Part shown: positions 63,581 through 64,000 of the stretch, piece by piece
Numbering within the stretch: the stretch's first letter is position 1
Layout of the letters: every line of letters begins with the position of its first letter
NCBI GenBank assembly: GCA_013153495.1
Contig: JAADEH010000010.1
Span: forward strand, 26,379 to 90,378
DNA: 64,000 bases
Source: Aquificota bacterium
Lineage (GTDB): Bacteria > Aquificota > Aquificia > Aquificales > Aquificaceae
Reading direction: 5' to 3'
The notes under the pieces: generated by a model
The model's database searches: none
The model's input: only the letters and a program-made list of their open reading frames with translations
What the model was told of the DNA's origin: nothing
Position numbers and translations under genes: made by a program

Positions 63581-63998
63581 TTCTTTTCAAACCTTCCCTG
63601 ACGCTCACCTTGGGTTCCCAGCCTAAGATTTCCTTTGCTTTGGTTATGTCCGGTCTTCTTCGGTCCGGGTCGTCTTCGGGTCTTTCTTTAAAGACTATCT
63701 TTGAACTGCTACCGGAAAGCTCGATTATAAGCTGTGCCAGTTCCAGTATGGTGTATTCTTCCGGGTTTCCGAGGTTGAAAACCTCTCCCTCGAGACCTTC
63801 CTGCGTGGCGAGTTTGTAAATACCCTCTATCAGGTCATCCACATAGCAGAAGCTTCTGGTTTGGGAGCCGTCCCCGTGCACGGTTATGGGTTGGTTGTTC
63901 AGAGCTTGATATATAAAGTTCGGGATAACCCTCCCGTCGTTCATCCTCATTCTGGGACCGTAGGTGTTGAAAATCCTCGCAATTCTGACGTCTATGCC
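63543..63998 (-). CDS. UDP-glucuronic acid decarboxylase-like NAD-dependent epimerase/dehydratase (C-terminal part; runs off the window)
   Basis: [14 protein letters not shown]...[22 protein letters not shown], and [11 protein letters not shown]. Confidence 0.88.
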   Translation of the reverse strand, partial: GIDVRIARIFNTYGPRMRMNDGRVIPNFIYQALNNQPITVHGDGSQTRSFCYVDDLIEGIYKLATQEGLEGEVFNLGNPEEYTILELAQLIIELSGSSSKIVFKERPEDDPDRRRPDITKAKEILGWEPKVSVREGLKRTIEWFREKISRA

Positions 63999-64000
63999 GT

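Overview
Gene-dense, housekeeping-type bacterial chromosome segment. Gene content and protein style suggest Aquificaceae (Aquifex/Hydrogenivirga-like); this is an inference. In order: the 3' end of an A-family heme-copper oxidase subunit I; a complete ba3-type (B-family) oxidase operon, including a 39-aa subunit IIa missed by the ORF track, plus SCO; an AT-rich gene for a predicted surface beta-propeller protein with a GGC-TM-RR C-terminal sorting-like tail; uppP; a geranylgeranyl-reductase-family gene; the rubrerythrin/Fe-S oxidoreductase/DUF3501 triad; tal-dnaG-rpoD; an AT-rich VapBC pair; proS, DUF62, rpsU, infB-queE; a LysR regulator; nlpD-like-rplM-rpsI-argC; a sox cluster (W-Y-Z-A-X-B, two DUF302-like genes, SoxH-like) with no soxCD; zwf/gnd; alr; a lipoprotein cytochrome c on a long tether; alaS; ffh-rpsP-khpA; lysC; a fliK-like/TPR/flgBC/fliEF flagellar block; purF; an isolated gspD/gspN-like pair; and a NifA-like sigma54 activator near a sigma54 promoter that drives an FNT transporter plus cobA, next to sulP. 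No tRNA, rRNA, CRISPR array or transposase was recognised. Best leads: (1) a possible Cys-based C-terminal protein-sorting system in Aquificae; (2) a shared ATAAG/CTTAT T-N11-A operator linking the LysR gene to the sox operon; (3) a recurrent -10 hexamer 6-11 nt upstream of start codons, suggesting widespread leaderless or near-leaderless mRNAs; (4) DUF302/SoxH-like proteins as possible handlers of sulfane sulfur in a SoxCD-less pathway. All product names come from recognised motifs, not database searches. GC values are hand counts of a few 60-nt lines.
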